64,000 nt of DNA from Thermoplasmata archaeon. Lineage in GTDB: Archaea; Thermoplasmatota; Thermoplasmata; Lutacidiplasmatales; UBA184. The stretch spans positions 175,948-239,947 of the forward strand of contig JAKIWI010000003.1 of the NCBI GenBank assembly GCA_022750115.1. The letters run 5' to 3'. Below, one piece after another: positions 8,766 through 18,559 of this stretch (the first letter of the stretch is position 1; every line of letters starts with the position of its first letter). Under the pieces are notes generated by a model. The model had not been told where the DNA came from. It saw nothing but the letters and a program-made list of their open reading frames with translations, and did not search any database. The position numbers were made by a program, and so were the translations under genes.

Positions 8766-9464
8766 ATGAGTCAACAACACTTGGGAACACCCTCGACGAT
8801 GGCCGCCTGGCGTCAGCGTCGGCGCGACACGGCGATGCGCGCCGCCCGACGCGCGGAGGGGATCGACTGGCTCGCGGCAGGACTGACGAACGCCGAGGTG
8901 GCCGCCCGGTTGGGAGTGAGTCGCGCGGCCGTGTCTCACTGGGTGCGACGCGCGAACCTTGGGGGGCCGGAGGGCGTTCGGCCCATTCCTCGGAGGGGGC
9001 GCCCTCCGAAGGTCGCCCGCGCGATCTCGTCCACGCTTCCTCGGTTGCTCGCCCGGGGTCCGCGTCGATTCGGGTTCTCCAGCGATAACTGGAGCCGGAT
9101 CTGGATCCCGGAAGCGGCTTCGGCGGCTTGGGGGGTCCGATACTCCCGCGGGACGAGGCACCGTCTCCTCCTGGCCCAAGGATTCCGATGGCGTCGCACC
9201 GGCGGGGGATCCGCCCCGGTCGTGCAAGGGGCGGGCGACCGTGGATCCGGATGGTCGCCGGGTCCCCGCGTGTTGCGGCTGCTGCGGCCCCACCGTCGGA
9301 TCGCCCGAGGCGGGCGGCGCCGTTCCGGGACGACCGTCACCAAGGAACGCGGAGCGCCCCGGCGAGGAACCGGTTCACCGGATCGGTCCGGAGGGCGGCG
9401 TCGAGGAACTTCTTCCGGAAGCCCGGCGCCGTCACCTCCGCGTCGGAGAACTTCAGGGACGTGA
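8766..9464 (+). mobile_element. IS630-family transposase N-terminal HTH remnant with no DDE domain
   Basis: AEVAARLGVSRAAVSHW..R..GG.EG.RP..RRGRPPK, then GP..FGF....W and YS.....RLL...GFRW, typical of IS630 OrfA; tail runs antisense into the next gene; no terminal inverted repeats recognised. Confidence 0.7.
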
Positions 9465-10023
9465 CGAAGTCCTTGCGGCGAAGGTCGTCCGCGAACTCGT
9501 GGTTGGCATCGTAGCCAGCGGGGACGCGGACGTACGCCTCCTCCGACGTGAGCGGGGCTTGGAGGATTGCCCGTGACCAGTCCTTCGGCTTCGCGACGAT
9601 GCGGTCCCGGATCTGCCCGAGCCCCGCGGCGGACGGCTGCCAGACGCCGGCCGAGACCATGCTCTCCCCCGGCTCGAGGTGAAGGTAGACGCCCGGGAGG
9701 TGCTCCTCCGAACTCACGGACTCCGCGTGGGCAAAGTGGATGCCCACATTGGTCCGGTAGGGGGACTTGTCCCGAGAGAAGCGAACATCGCGGTAAATCC
9801 GGGAGACGGAGCCGCCGTACGGTCGGGCGTCGGCGACGATGTGCGGGCTCATCTTGGCCATGCCGGGTTCGACCTCCTTCACGAACCGTACCGCCGGCTC
9901 GAGCACCGTCGACTCGTAGCGCGGCTTGTTCGACTGGAACCACGCGCGATTGTTGTGGCGTTCGAGATCGCGGAAGAATCGGAACAGGTCCGGCGAGAAC
10001 GAGGGGGCCGAGGTCGCGGTCAT
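9337..10023 (-). CDS. DUF2461 / TIGR02453 family protein
   Basis: F..L..HNNRAWF..NKPRY, RIYRDVRFSRDKSPY, YLHLEPG. Confidence 0.92.
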   Translation of the reverse strand: MTATSAPSFSPDLFRFFRDLERHNNRAWFQSNKPRYESTVLEPAVRFVKEVEPGMAKMSPHIVADARPYGGSVSRIYRDVRFSRDKSPYRTNVGIHFAHAESVSSEEHLPGVYLHLEPGESMVSAGVWQPSAAGLGQIRDRIVAKPKDWSRAILQAPLTSEEAYVRVPAGYDANHEFADDLRRKDFVTSLKFSDAEVTAPGFRKKFLDAALRTDPVNRFLAGALRVPW

Positions 10024-10090
10024 GGTCGTTGCCCGCCAGACCGGGGGTCCTTTTCTGCCTGCCGAGGGGGCGCGAGGCGATAGGCCCGGA

Positions 10091-10162
10091 TGCGGTTGTC
10101 GGGATTTGAACCCGAGTAGGTAGCTTGGGAAGCTACCGTCCTAACCACTAGACCACAACCGC
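10091..10162 (-). tRNA. tRNA-Gly(CCC)
   Basis: Reverse complement GCGGTTG...GTAGC-TT-CCC-AA-GCTAC...GGTTCAAATCCC..CAACCGC-A folds as a cloverleaf. Confidence 0.96.
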
Positions 10163-10210
10163 GCAGCGGCGGGGGAGCGGCCGCGGCTCTTGAGATTTGT
10201 CGAGCGGAGA

Positions 10211-10699
10211 TTACAGGAGGAGGCCGACCGACTCGGAGGGGATGGCGGGCGAGCGCGCCACGAGATCGGCGTTCGTGATCAGCCGCTCCGCCTTCTCGCT
10301 CACGAACCCCGCTTCCTCGAGCACCCGCCGGGCCCGTCGGACATCGTCCGTGGCGATGGCGGCGAGGATCCGAGACCCCTCTCGGGCGACCAGGATGGCG
10401 ATGCTCTCCACGTTGACGCGAGAGGCGGCGAGGATCTCGAGCACCTTCAGGAAGCTCCCGGCCCGGTCCTCGAGGTGGACGACGATCGTCTCGTGGAGGT
10501 CCACGGTGAATCCGGCGTCCTCGAGGATCCGGAGCGCCCGGTCGGGGCGGTCGGTGATCAATCGGACGTTCGAGCGGGACCCGCTCGAGTCGAGCGAGAT
10601 GGAGGCGATGTTGACCTTCTGCTCCGCGAGGAGCCGCGCGATCCGGGCGATCTGCCCCGGGCGGTTCGGCATCCGGAGCGCGATCTCTTTCAGTGCCAT
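10211..10699 (-). CDS. Tandem ACT-domain protein
   Basis: NRPGQIARIARLLAEQKVNI and EDRAGSFLKVLEILAASRVNV repeats. Confidence 0.88.
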   Translation of the reverse strand: MALKEIALRMPNRPGQIARIARLLAEQKVNIASISLDSSGSRSNVRLITDRPDRALRILEDAGFTVDLHETIVVHLEDRAGSFLKVLEILAASRVNVESIAILVAREGSRILAAIATDDVRRARRVLEEAGFVSEKAERLITNADLVARSPAIPSESVGLLL

Positions 10700-10806
10700 G
10701 GCGGGCCGTTCCGGCTCGTCCGAGCGCGCCGGACCCAATACCCTTGCGTCTGTACCGGAGGAACGGGGCGCAGAATCGCCGTCGTCGCCGCGCGCTCCTC
10801 CGAGCC

Positions 10807-10814
10807 TATTTATA
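10807..10814 (+). promoter_or_regulatory. Putative TATA box of the type IV pilus operon
   Basis: TATTTATA AT-rich island upstream of ATG 10871. Confidence 0.55.
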
Positions 10815-10870
10815 CCGGGAGCCGGCTAAATTCCGCATGCTTGGGGCGTTCCGTCCTAGGCCGGTCCGCC

Positions 10871-11803
10871 ATGGGGGTTCCATATGCTTCACTTCGTCGC
10901 CGGCGGTACCGCCGAAGGCTGCGGGGTAACCAGCGCGGCGTGGTCGCGGTCATCGGGACCCTCCTCGCGCTACTGGTATTCTTCGCGCTGTTCGGCGTGT
11001 TCCTCACCCAGTACCTTCCGCTGTGGATGAACGAGAACGAGGTCGCCTTCACGAACTCCGCGGAGGCGTCGTTCGCCGAGCTGAAGTCGAACATCGACCT
11101 CCAGACGGCGCTCGGCTCGCCCCCCGTGTTCCAGACGCCGTTCACGATGAACTCCCAGGGCGTCCCGCTCATCGCCCAGCCGACGATCGGCGTGCTGTCG
11201 TTCATCCCGTTCACCCCGGGCGTGTTCGCCAACGTCTCGATGAACCCGGGCCCGGGCAACAGCCACCTGTTCTGGCAGAACGTAACCCTCGGCACCGTCT
11301 CGATGTACCTGCCGAACCGGTACTTCACGCCCCAGATGTTCTCCTACGAGGACGACGCGGTCGTCCAGGAGCAGACGGACACCACCCAGATCCTCGCCTT
11401 CCCGCCGACGCTGACCGTCAACCAGACGGGCAACCAGATCGCCGTGACGATGTCGCTCGTCCAGCTCCTCGGGAACGCCTCCCAGGTGATCACGACCGGC
11501 ACCCAGCAGGTGTCGAGCCACTTCGTCTTCACCCAGACCTACGCGAGCAACGGCACGGGCCTCCCCGGCTCGCTGAACGCTTCGTTCGCGATCGGCACGC
11601 ACTACCCGTGCGCCTGGGCGTCGTACCTCAGCCAGACGCTCTCGCAGTCGAACATCGCCGCGAGCCACTTCGCGCTGACCCCCAGCACGTGCATCGCCTC
11701 CGGCGGGAACGTGGTTCCCGTTTCCCTCACGTTGACCGCCATCAGTTCGTTCACCCTCGTCTTCGCCGAGCTGAACATCGTCGCTGGCGTCGGGGTCGAA
11801 TGA
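10871..11803 (+). CDS. Archaeal type IV pilin-like protein (class III signal peptide)
   Basis: Basic leader RRRLRGNQRG|VVAVIGTLLALLVFFALF, then a S/T/N-rich beta domain with sequons; first gene of the ATPase/TadC operon. Confidence 0.8.
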   Translation: MGVPYASLRRRRYRRRLRGNQRGVVAVIGTLLALLVFFALFGVFLTQYLPLWMNENEVAFTNSAEASFAELKSNIDLQTALGSPPVFQTPFTMNSQGVPLIAQPTIGVLSFIPFTPGVFANVSMNPGPGNSHLFWQNVTLGTVSMYLPNRYFTPQMFSYEDDAVVQEQTDTTQILAFPPTLTVNQTGNQIAVTMSLVQLLGNASQVITTGTQQVSSHFVFTQTYASNGTGLPGSLNASFAIGTHYPCAWASYLSQTLSQSNIAASHFALTPSTCIASGGNVVPVSLTLTAISSFTLVFAELNIVAGVGVE

Positions 11804-11813
11804 GGGACGATCG

Positions 11814-13472
11814 GTGAGCGCTGCGTCCTACCGGGTGAAAGTCCCGCGGGCGGCGCCCCGGGCCGCCGAGAACCCGCTCGCCGCCCCGCGGACCCAGGCC
11901 GAGGAGAGCCCGTCGTCCGAGCTTCCGGGGACGTTCATCACCGCGATGCCGGCGCTCGCGGACCGCGACATGCGCGAGCTCGAGGTGACGGCGGTCAACC
12001 CGCCGTACAGCTACGCGCGGATCAGCTACCACGAGCAGAAGAAGGAGTATCTGTACGAGGTCATCGAGCCCCAGCTCTCCCAGCACGAGCGCGAGCTCGT
12101 CACCCACCTGAAGGGGACGCTCACGCGGATCCTCGGCTCGGAGGTCGCCGACCTCTCGATCACCGACAAGCGCACCTACCTCCGGGGCGAGGTCGAGGGC
12201 TACCTCAAGAGCCGCCAGATCAGCCTCTCGCCGATCTCGACCGAGCGGGTCGTCTACTACATCGTCCGCGACTTCGTCGGCTACGGCCCGATCGACGCGC
12301 TGATCCTCGACATCCAGGTCGAGGACATCAGCTGCGACGGCGTCGGCGTGCCGCTGTTCATTTTCCACGGAAAATACGAGAGCGTGAAGACGAACGTCGT
12401 CTTCGACGACGAGGACCAGCTCAACTCGTTCATCGTCGCGCTCGGCCAGCGCTGCGGGAAGGCCGTCTCCGTCTCGAACCCGATTCTCGACGGCACGACG
12501 CCCGAGGGCCACCGGGTCCAGGCGACGTACGCCCGCGAGATCACCACGCGCGGCGCGAGCTTCACAATCCGGCGGTTCAAGGAGCGACCGTTCACGCCCG
12601 TCGACCTGGTCCTGACGGGGAGCGCGTCGGAGGAGATGATCGCCTACTTCTGGCTCGCCGCCGAGCAGGGCGAATCGCTGATCATCTGCGGCGGCCCCGC
12701 CGCCGGGAAGACGAGCACGCTCAACGCGATCGCGCTGTTCATCCCGCCGACGTCGAAGATCGTCTCGATCGAGGACACCCGCGAGGTGAACCTCCCGCAC
12801 GAGAACTGGATCCCCGGCGCGACGCGGAGCGGCACCGGCGACCGCGGCGCCGACGGGAAAGCCGCCGGAGAGGTCGACATGTTCGACCTCGTGCGCGCCG
12901 CGTTGCGGCAGCGCCCGAACTACATCATCGTCGGCGAGGTCCGCGGCCGCGAGACCTATACAATGTTCCAGGCGATGGCCACGGGCCACACGACCTACTC
13001 GACGATGCACGCGGACAGCGTGAAGTCGATGGTCAACCGCCTCGAGAACCCGCCGATCAACACGCCACGGATTCTCCTCTCGGCGCTCAATAACGTCATC
13101 ATCCAGGTCCAGGCGCGCACCGACAAGGGCGTGGTCCGCCGGTTGAAGCAGGTGCTCGAGATCGTCGGCTTCGAGCCCGAAACGAACGAGCTGATCACCA
13201 ACACGGTCTACGAGTGGGACCCCGGCACGGACAAGTTCGTGTTCAAGGGCCACTCGTTCCTGTTTGACAAGATCATGGAACTTCGGAACTTCACCCACGA
13301 CGAGATGGAGGCCGAGTTCCAGCGCCGCGTCGCCGTCGTGAACTACCTCGCGAAGAACAAGGTCAACGACTACCGCCAGCTCTGGAAGCTCGTCTCGGCC
13401 TACTACAAGGACCCGAAGGACGTCATGGCGCGCGTCGAGTCGAACGCGGTCATCGTGCCGGGGGCGGCGTAG
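11814..13472 (+). CDS. Type II/IV secretion ATPase (VirB11/TadA/ArlI family), copy 1
   Basis: EDISCDG, FTIRRF, Walker A GGPAAGKT, SIEDTRE, LRQRPNYIIVGEVRG, TGH..STMHA. Confidence 0.95.
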   Translation: MSAASYRVKVPRAAPRAAENPLAAPRTQAEESPSSELPGTFITAMPALADRDMRELEVTAVNPPYSYARISYHEQKKEYLYEVIEPQLSQHERELVTHLKGTLTRILGSEVADLSITDKRTYLRGEVEGYLKSRQISLSPISTERVVYYIVRDFVGYGPIDALILDIQVEDISCDGVGVPLFIFHGKYESVKTNVVFDDEDQLNSFIVALGQRCGKAVSVSNPILDGTTPEGHRVQATYAREITTRGASFTIRRFKERPFTPVDLVLTGSASEEMIAYFWLAAEQGESLIICGGPAAGKTSTLNAIALFIPPTSKIVSIEDTREVNLPHENWIPGATRSGTGDRGADGKAAGEVDMFDLVRAALRQRPNYIIVGEVRGRETYTMFQAMATGHTTYSTMHADSVKSMVNRLENPPINTPRILLSALNNVIIQVQARTDKGVVRRLKQVLEIVGFEPETNELITNTVYEWDPGTDKFVFKGHSFLFDKIMELRNFTHDEMEAEFQRRVAVVNYLAKNKVNDYRQLWKLVSAYYKDPKDVMARVESNAVIVPGAA

Positions 13473-14435
13473 ATGGCGATCGACCCGCGCCCGGTCGAGG
13501 TCGCCGCGGTCGAGGGGACCCGGACGATTCGCCTCAAGAAGGGCGAACAGCCGACCCATTCCCCCCTCACCCCGTTCGAGTCCTGGGCGTGGAAGACCTT
13601 CCGCGAGCGGGTGACGAACCGCCCACCCGACCCGCTCCTCGATGAGCAGCTCCTCAAGGCCCACATGCGGATCCGCGGCGACGAGTACCTCGCGAAGGTC
13701 TACGCGACGACCGTCGTCGCGGTGATCGCCCTCGCCGCCGTCGGCATCGTCCTCGCCGTCCTCCTCAGCACCGCGGGCCTCGCGTTCCTCGGCATCGGGC
13801 TCGCCATCGTGCTCCCCGTCCTCGGGGGAATCGGCTCGTTCTTCGCCCTCAAGGGTGCCCCGGGCGGCAAAGCGAAGTCGCGCGGCAAGGCGATCGACCG
13901 AAAGATCTCCTCGTCGATGAGCTTCGTCAGCGCGATGGCGTCGGCCGACGTCAACATCGACGCCATCTTCAAGGAGCTCGCGCGCCAGAAGATCTACGGG
14001 GAGGTCGCCGAAGAGGCGGCCTGGATCACCCGCGACACCGAGCTCCTCGGGCTCGACATCCTGACCGCGATCCGCAACGGCGCGACCCGCACGCCGTCGA
14101 AGCGGTTCCAGGACTTCCTGCAGGGCGTCGTCACGACCGCCACGAGCGGCGGCCAGCTGAAGCCCTACTTCCTCGCGAAGGCCGAGCAGTACGAGCGCGA
14201 GAACAAGCTCGAGCTCCTCCAGCGCGTCGAGACGATGGGTCTCCTCGCCGAGACGTTCGTGACCGTCGTCGTGGCGTTCCCCCTGTTCCTCGTGATCATC
14301 ATCGCCATCTTCGCGATCATCGGCGGCGGCGGGGCGTTCATGATCACCGTGCTCTACGGGATCATCCTCGGCATGATCCCGATGTCGCAGATCGGGTTCA
14401 TCTTTTTCATGTATTCGCTGGCGCAGGAGGCCTAG
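13473..14435 (+). CDS. Type II secretion F-domain membrane platform protein (TadC/ArlJ-like), copy 1
   Basis: YGEVAEE..WI.RD...LG.DI, TPS..FQDFLQG, multiple TM helices; abuts the ATPase. Confidence 0.92.
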   Translation: MAIDPRPVEVAAVEGTRTIRLKKGEQPTHSPLTPFESWAWKTFRERVTNRPPDPLLDEQLLKAHMRIRGDEYLAKVYATTVVAVIALAAVGIVLAVLLSTAGLAFLGIGLAIVLPVLGGIGSFFALKGAPGGKAKSRGKAIDRKISSSMSFVSAMASADVNIDAIFKELARQKIYGEVAEEAAWITRDTELLGLDILTAIRNGATRTPSKRFQDFLQGVVTTATSGGQLKPYFLAKAEQYERENKLELLQRVETMGLLAETFVTVVVAFPLFLVIIIAIFAIIGGGGAFMITVLYGIILGMIPMSQIGFIFFMYSLAQEA

Positions 14436-15394
14436 TGGCGACGGCGACGGTCCTCAAGCCCGCTCAGTTCGCGGACAAGCTGGGCGACGTCAGCGAAGAG
14501 GCGACGATCCCCAAGGAGACTCTCGTCCTCATCGTCGGGCTGATCGCCGGCATCGCCCTGATGGTCGTCGGCGCGATGGACTACCTCGGCGCGCTGAACG
14601 TCCAGGTCCGCCCCGGGGAAGGGGCTGGCACGAACCCCGCCCTCGACTTCCTCGTCCTCGGCATCTCCGCGATCTTCGGGCCGTACGGCTTCGTCATGAC
14701 GGCGAAGCTCCGGAGGATCCAGAAGATCGAGGAGCGCCTCCCCGACTTCCTCCGCGACGTCTCCGAGGCCGGGCGCTTCGGGATGACGCTCCCGGACGCC
14801 ATCATCGTCGCCTCGCGCGGACGCTACGGCCTCCTCACCGAGGAGATCAAGAAGATGGCGAGCCAGCTCGAGTGGGGCGTCCCGGTGGCCACGGCGCTCC
14901 GTCTCTTCGAGGAGCGCGTGCCCACGCCGCTCGTCAAGCGCGTCGTCTCGATCATCACCCGCGCGAACGAGGCGGGCGGGAACGTCGCCGACGTCCTGAC
15001 GATGGTCGCGCACGACACGCGGGAAGTGCAGCTCTCCTACCAGGCGCGCCAGATCTCGATGCTGACCTACGTGACGGTCATTTACATCTCGTTCTACGTC
15101 TTCCTCGTCACGATCTACATCATGGCGGCGGTGTTCCTGCCGCAAATGGTCGTCGCGGGCCAGGGGATTTCCTCGAGCAGCCTCGCCGGCGCCGGGGCCG
15201 TCAACCTCCAGTTCAGCTTCGTCCCGGTGCTGTTCATTGCCTTCATGCTCGCCGTCATCGTCCACGCCGTCGGCGACGGGATCATGGCGGGGGTGCTGTT
15301 CTCCGGACGCCTCAGCGAGGGGCTCCAGCACGCGACGATCATGCTGCTGTCGGGATGGGCGATCATGCGCTTCGTCGTCCCGCCGCTCTCCTAG
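14435..15394 (+). CDS. Type II secretion F-domain membrane platform protein (TadB/TadC-like), copy 2
   Basis: IEERLPDFLRDVSE..RFGMTL, YGLLTEE, ANEAGGNVADVL, TM helices. Confidence 0.92.
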   Translation: MATATVLKPAQFADKLGDVSEEATIPKETLVLIVGLIAGIALMVVGAMDYLGALNVQVRPGEGAGTNPALDFLVLGISAIFGPYGFVMTAKLRRIQKIEERLPDFLRDVSEAGRFGMTLPDAIIVASRGRYGLLTEEIKKMASQLEWGVPVATALRLFEERVPTPLVKRVVSIITRANEAGGNVADVLTMVAHDTREVQLSYQARQISMLTYVTVIYISFYVFLVTIYIMAAVFLPQMVVAGQGISSSSLAGAGAVNLQFSFVPVLFIAFMLAVIVHAVGDGIMAGVLFSGRLSEGLQHATIMLLSGWAIMRFVVPPLS

Positions 15395-15402
15395 AGGTTC
15401 CG

Positions 15403-17160
15403 ATGGCCAGCGAATCCGTGCAGCGAACGACCTCCGACGTACCGGGCCGCAAGGCCGCGCCGCGGCGGAAATCGACCGGGACGTTCTCCCCGTGGCTCAA
15501 GATCGGCGCCGCGCTTCGCAAGGGGACGAGCGAGCCGCGTCCGGTCAAGCTCGCGCGCCTCGGCGTCTCGGGCCAGGGGGCCGAGGGGCTCGTCACGCCG
15601 ATCCCCCCGCTCGACGACCCGGCGCTCCAGCTCCTCGAGCTCGACCCGATCCGGGAAGGGTTCTCCTACGTCCGCATCACGTTCCACAACCAGCGGAACG
15701 AGCACCTCTACGAGGTGATCGAGCCGCCGCTGTCCGAGATCGAGAAAGAGCTCCTCGAACGCCTCAAGGTCCTCCTCGTCGACCAGTTCGAGCCGCTCCC
15801 CGAGCTCGACATCGATACGAAGCGCCGCGAGCTCCGCCGGATGGTCGACGACCAGTTCCACGAGTGGGAGATCTCCCCGAGCCCGACGACGAAGGGACGG
15901 ATCATCTACTACCTCGAGCGCGAGTTCACCGGCTACGGCGTCGTCGACGCGCCGATGACCGACAGCGAGGTCGAGGACATCAGCTGCGACGGGGTCGGCA
16001 TCCCGCTCTACATCTACCACCGCAAGTACGGCTCGATCCGCTCGAACCTGAAGTTCGAGGATGCGCTCCGCCTCGACAGCTACGTCGTCTGGCTCGCGCA
16101 GCGTTCGGGCAAGCACATCTCCGTCGCGAACCCGATGCTCGACGCGACCGTCCCGGACGGCTCGCGTCTCCAGGCGACGCTCGGGATGCACGTCACGAAG
16201 CGCGGGAGCTCGTTCACGATCCGGCGCTTCCGCGACAACCCGTTCACGCCGGTCGACCTGCTGAAGTTCCGGACGATGAGCCCGGACATGATGGCCTACC
16301 TGTGGATCGCCATCGAAGCGGGCCAATCGATGATGGTCTGCGGGGGAACGGCGTCCGGCAAGACGACGACGCTCAACGCGACGCTCCTGTTCATCCCGCC
16401 CCAGATGAAGATCGTCTCGATCGAGGACACGCGGGAGCTCAACCTCCCCCACGAGAACTGGGTCCCGTCGCTCACGCGCGCCGGGTTCGGCGCGAAGAAC
16501 CTCGTCAGCGGGAAGGCCCCGGGCGAGATCGACATGTTCGACCTCCTCGCCGCGGCCCTCCGTCAGCGCCCGCAGTACCTGATGGTGGGGGAGGTGCGAG
16601 GTGCCGAGGCGTTCATCGTCTTCCAGGCGATGGCGACCGGCAAGACCTGCTACACGACGTTCCACGCCGAGAGCGTGAGCGCGATGGTCCACCGGATGGA
16701 GAACCCTCCGATCTCGCTCCCCCGCTCGCTCGTCTCGGCGCTGAACCTGGTGCTCCTCCAGCGCCAGGTGAAGGTCGGGAACAAGATGACCCGCCGCGTC
16801 CAGAGCCTCACCGAGATCGTCGGCCTCGACCCGGAGACGAACGAGCTGATCACCAACTCGGTCTACTCGTGGAACCCGGGCGACGACACGTTCCTCTTCT
16901 CGGGCCACTCCTACGTCTACGAGCGCGTCGCGATCGTGAAGAACCTCACGATGAAGGAGATGGAACGGGAGGTCCGCCAGCGCGTCGAGATCCTCGAGTA
17001 CCTGAAGTGGCTCGAGGCGCGCAGCACGCGCCAGAACCCGTTCACGCACCGCGAAGTAGGCCGGCTCGTCTCCTTCTACTACAAGGAGCCTCAGCAGGCG
17101 CTCGCCGAGGCCCGCGCCGCCGCCGCCTCCGGAAAACCGCCATCGAAGCCGGGCGCGTAG
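15403..17160 (+). CDS. Type II/IV secretion ATPase, copy 2
   Basis: EDISCDG, Walker A GGTASGKT, SIEDTRE, LRQRPQYLMVGEVRG; start ATG 15403 after GAGG. Confidence 0.95.
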   Translation: MASESVQRTTSDVPGRKAAPRRKSTGTFSPWLKIGAALRKGTSEPRPVKLARLGVSGQGAEGLVTPIPPLDDPALQLLELDPIREGFSYVRITFHNQRNEHLYEVIEPPLSEIEKELLERLKVLLVDQFEPLPELDIDTKRRELRRMVDDQFHEWEISPSPTTKGRIIYYLEREFTGYGVVDAPMTDSEVEDISCDGVGIPLYIYHRKYGSIRSNLKFEDALRLDSYVVWLAQRSGKHISVANPMLDATVPDGSRLQATLGMHVTKRGSSFTIRRFRDNPFTPVDLLKFRTMSPDMMAYLWIAIEAGQSMMVCGGTASGKTTTLNATLLFIPPQMKIVSIEDTRELNLPHENWVPSLTRAGFGAKNLVSGKAPGEIDMFDLLAAALRQRPQYLMVGEVRGAEAFIVFQAMATGKTCYTTFHAESVSAMVHRMENPPISLPRSLVSALNLVLLQRQVKVGNKMTRRVQSLTEIVGLDPETNELITNSVYSWNPGDDTFLFSGHSYVYERVAIVKNLTMKEMEREVRQRVEILEYLKWLEARSTRQNPFTHREVGRLVSFYYKEPQQALAEARAAAASGKPPSKPGA

Positions 17161-17203
17161 GCGCGCGGCGTCGTACTTTTCCCCCGCTCCCCTTAGCCCG
17201 GCG

Positions 17204-18280
17204 ATGCCGGGCCCGGTCCCGTTCGCGCGCCTCGTCGGCCCGAACGGCGCCCCCGTCGTCCTGTACGAGGCCGACTCGGTCCGGACGCTCCCGAAGCTCC
17301 TCGCGAAGGGATCGGTCGACTGCGTCGTCACCTCACCTCCGTACAACCGCAAGGTCGCCTACGGGAGCTACGACGACGACCGGCCGCGGGCCGAGTACCT
17401 CCGGTGGATCGGCACAGCCGCCGACTCGGTGCGGCGGGTCCTATCGCCCGCCGGGTCGTTCTTCCTCAACGTCGGCGGCTCTCCCACCGACCCGTGGCTC
17501 CCCTGGGATGTCGCCCGCGAGGTCGGCCGGCGCTTCGCGCTCCAGAACGTCGTGCACTGGGTGAAATCAATCGCCATCGACCGGGAGCTCGCGGGGAAGG
17601 ACGCCGGGCTCACGCGCGATCTTGCGGTCGGGCACTACAAGCCGCTCAACTCGAAGCGCTACCTGCACTCGGGCCACGAGTACGTCTTTCACTTCACCCA
17701 CCGCGGCGACGTCGAGCTCGACCGGCTCGCCGTCGGCGTCGCCTATCAGGACCCCTCGAACGTGGACCGGTGGCGCTCGAGCGGGTCGAACCGTCGCTGC
17801 CGGGGCAACACATGGTTCCTCCCGTACCGGACGATCCGCTTCCGCTCGAAGGACCGCCCGCATCCGGCGGCGTTCCCCGTCGAGTTGCCCGAGCGTTGCT
17901 TCCGATTGCACGGCGTCGGGCGCCTGCGCCTCGCCGTCGACCCGTTCGTCGGGATCGGCTCCTCCGCCGTCGCCGCGGTGCGGCTCGGGATCCCGTTCGT
18001 CGGCTTCGACGTCGACCCCGAGTACCTCGCCACAGCGGAGACCGCTCTGCGGGCGGCCGGCGCCATTGTCCCGCCGCCGACCCCTTCGACCGTCGGCGAA
18101 CGCCGCCGAAACCCGAGCCTTAAGTACGCCGGACCCGAGTTTCCCCTTGGAGCGACGTCGTCCGGATGGCAAGCCCCGCGCGAACCCGGCCGGGCCCGGA
18201 CTCCACCGGCCGCCAGCCGTCGTCCCCGGCCGAACGGGAAGCGCTCGACTACCTTGGCCGCGAGATCCGGCCAGTTCTGA
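17204..18280 (+). CDS. Beta-class N4-cytosine DNA methyltransferase, orphan
   Basis: TSPPY catalytic motif precedes HPAAFP and the DPFVGIGS SAM-binding motif; no adjacent endonuclease. Confidence 0.9.
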   Translation: MPGPVPFARLVGPNGAPVVLYEADSVRTLPKLLAKGSVDCVVTSPPYNRKVAYGSYDDDRPRAEYLRWIGTAADSVRRVLSPAGSFFLNVGGSPTDPWLPWDVAREVGRRFALQNVVHWVKSIAIDRELAGKDAGLTRDLAVGHYKPLNSKRYLHSGHEYVFHFTHRGDVELDRLAVGVAYQDPSNVDRWRSSGSNRRCRGNTWFLPYRTIRFRSKDRPHPAAFPVELPERCFRLHGVGRLRLAVDPFVGIGSSAVAAVRLGIPFVGFDVDPEYLATAETALRAAGAIVPPPTPSTVGERRRNPSLKYAGPEFPLGATSSGWQAPREPGRARTPPAASRRPRPNGKRSTTLAARSGQF

Positions 18281-18525
18281 GCCGGGGCGAGCACCGCGTG
18301 CTCGCGCGCGCCGTCACGACGGCGGTGACCTCGGGCTCGGTCAGCGACCTGGCACGATTGGGGGAGCGGCAGCGGCGCGAACTCCTCGATACGATCGAAC
18401 AGCGTCTGTCCCGGGGTCGGCCGGCCCCAACCGCCCGAGCCCTCGTTCGGCTCACGTCAGTCATTTCGGCCGCCCCGAACCCCGACGGTCCTCGCATGCG
18501 CGTCGTCGCGTCGCCCGCTCGGTAG
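18166..18525 (+). CDS. Hypothetical protein
   Basis: 119-aa helical-looking ORF with CTTAAGTA at about 18120; overlaps the low-complexity MTase tail. Confidence 0.5.
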   Translation: MASPARTRPGPDSTGRQPSSPAEREALDYLGREIRPVLSRGEHRVLARAVTTAVTSGSVSDLARLGERQRRELLDTIEQRLSRGRPAPTARALVRLTSVISAAPNPDGPRMRVVASPAR

Positions 18526-18559
18526 TCCCGGGTTCGCCCCCAAGGGGCTCCGTCCCCGA

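Noticed and set aside
8281-10090. Integrated element bounded by tRNA-Tyr and tRNA-Gly
   Set aside because: No integrase and no duplicated tRNA 3' end found; only an IS630 fragment.
10190-10870. N-terminal extension of the pilin-like ORF, and likewise 14872-15402 for ATPase2 and 58551-58712 for fibrillarin
   Set aside because: They overlap genuine neighbouring genes; signal peptide, TATA or RBS positions support the later starts.
10871-17160. Archaellum operon
   Set aside because: No archaellin signature or ArlH/F/G; the split two-gene platform is pilus-type.
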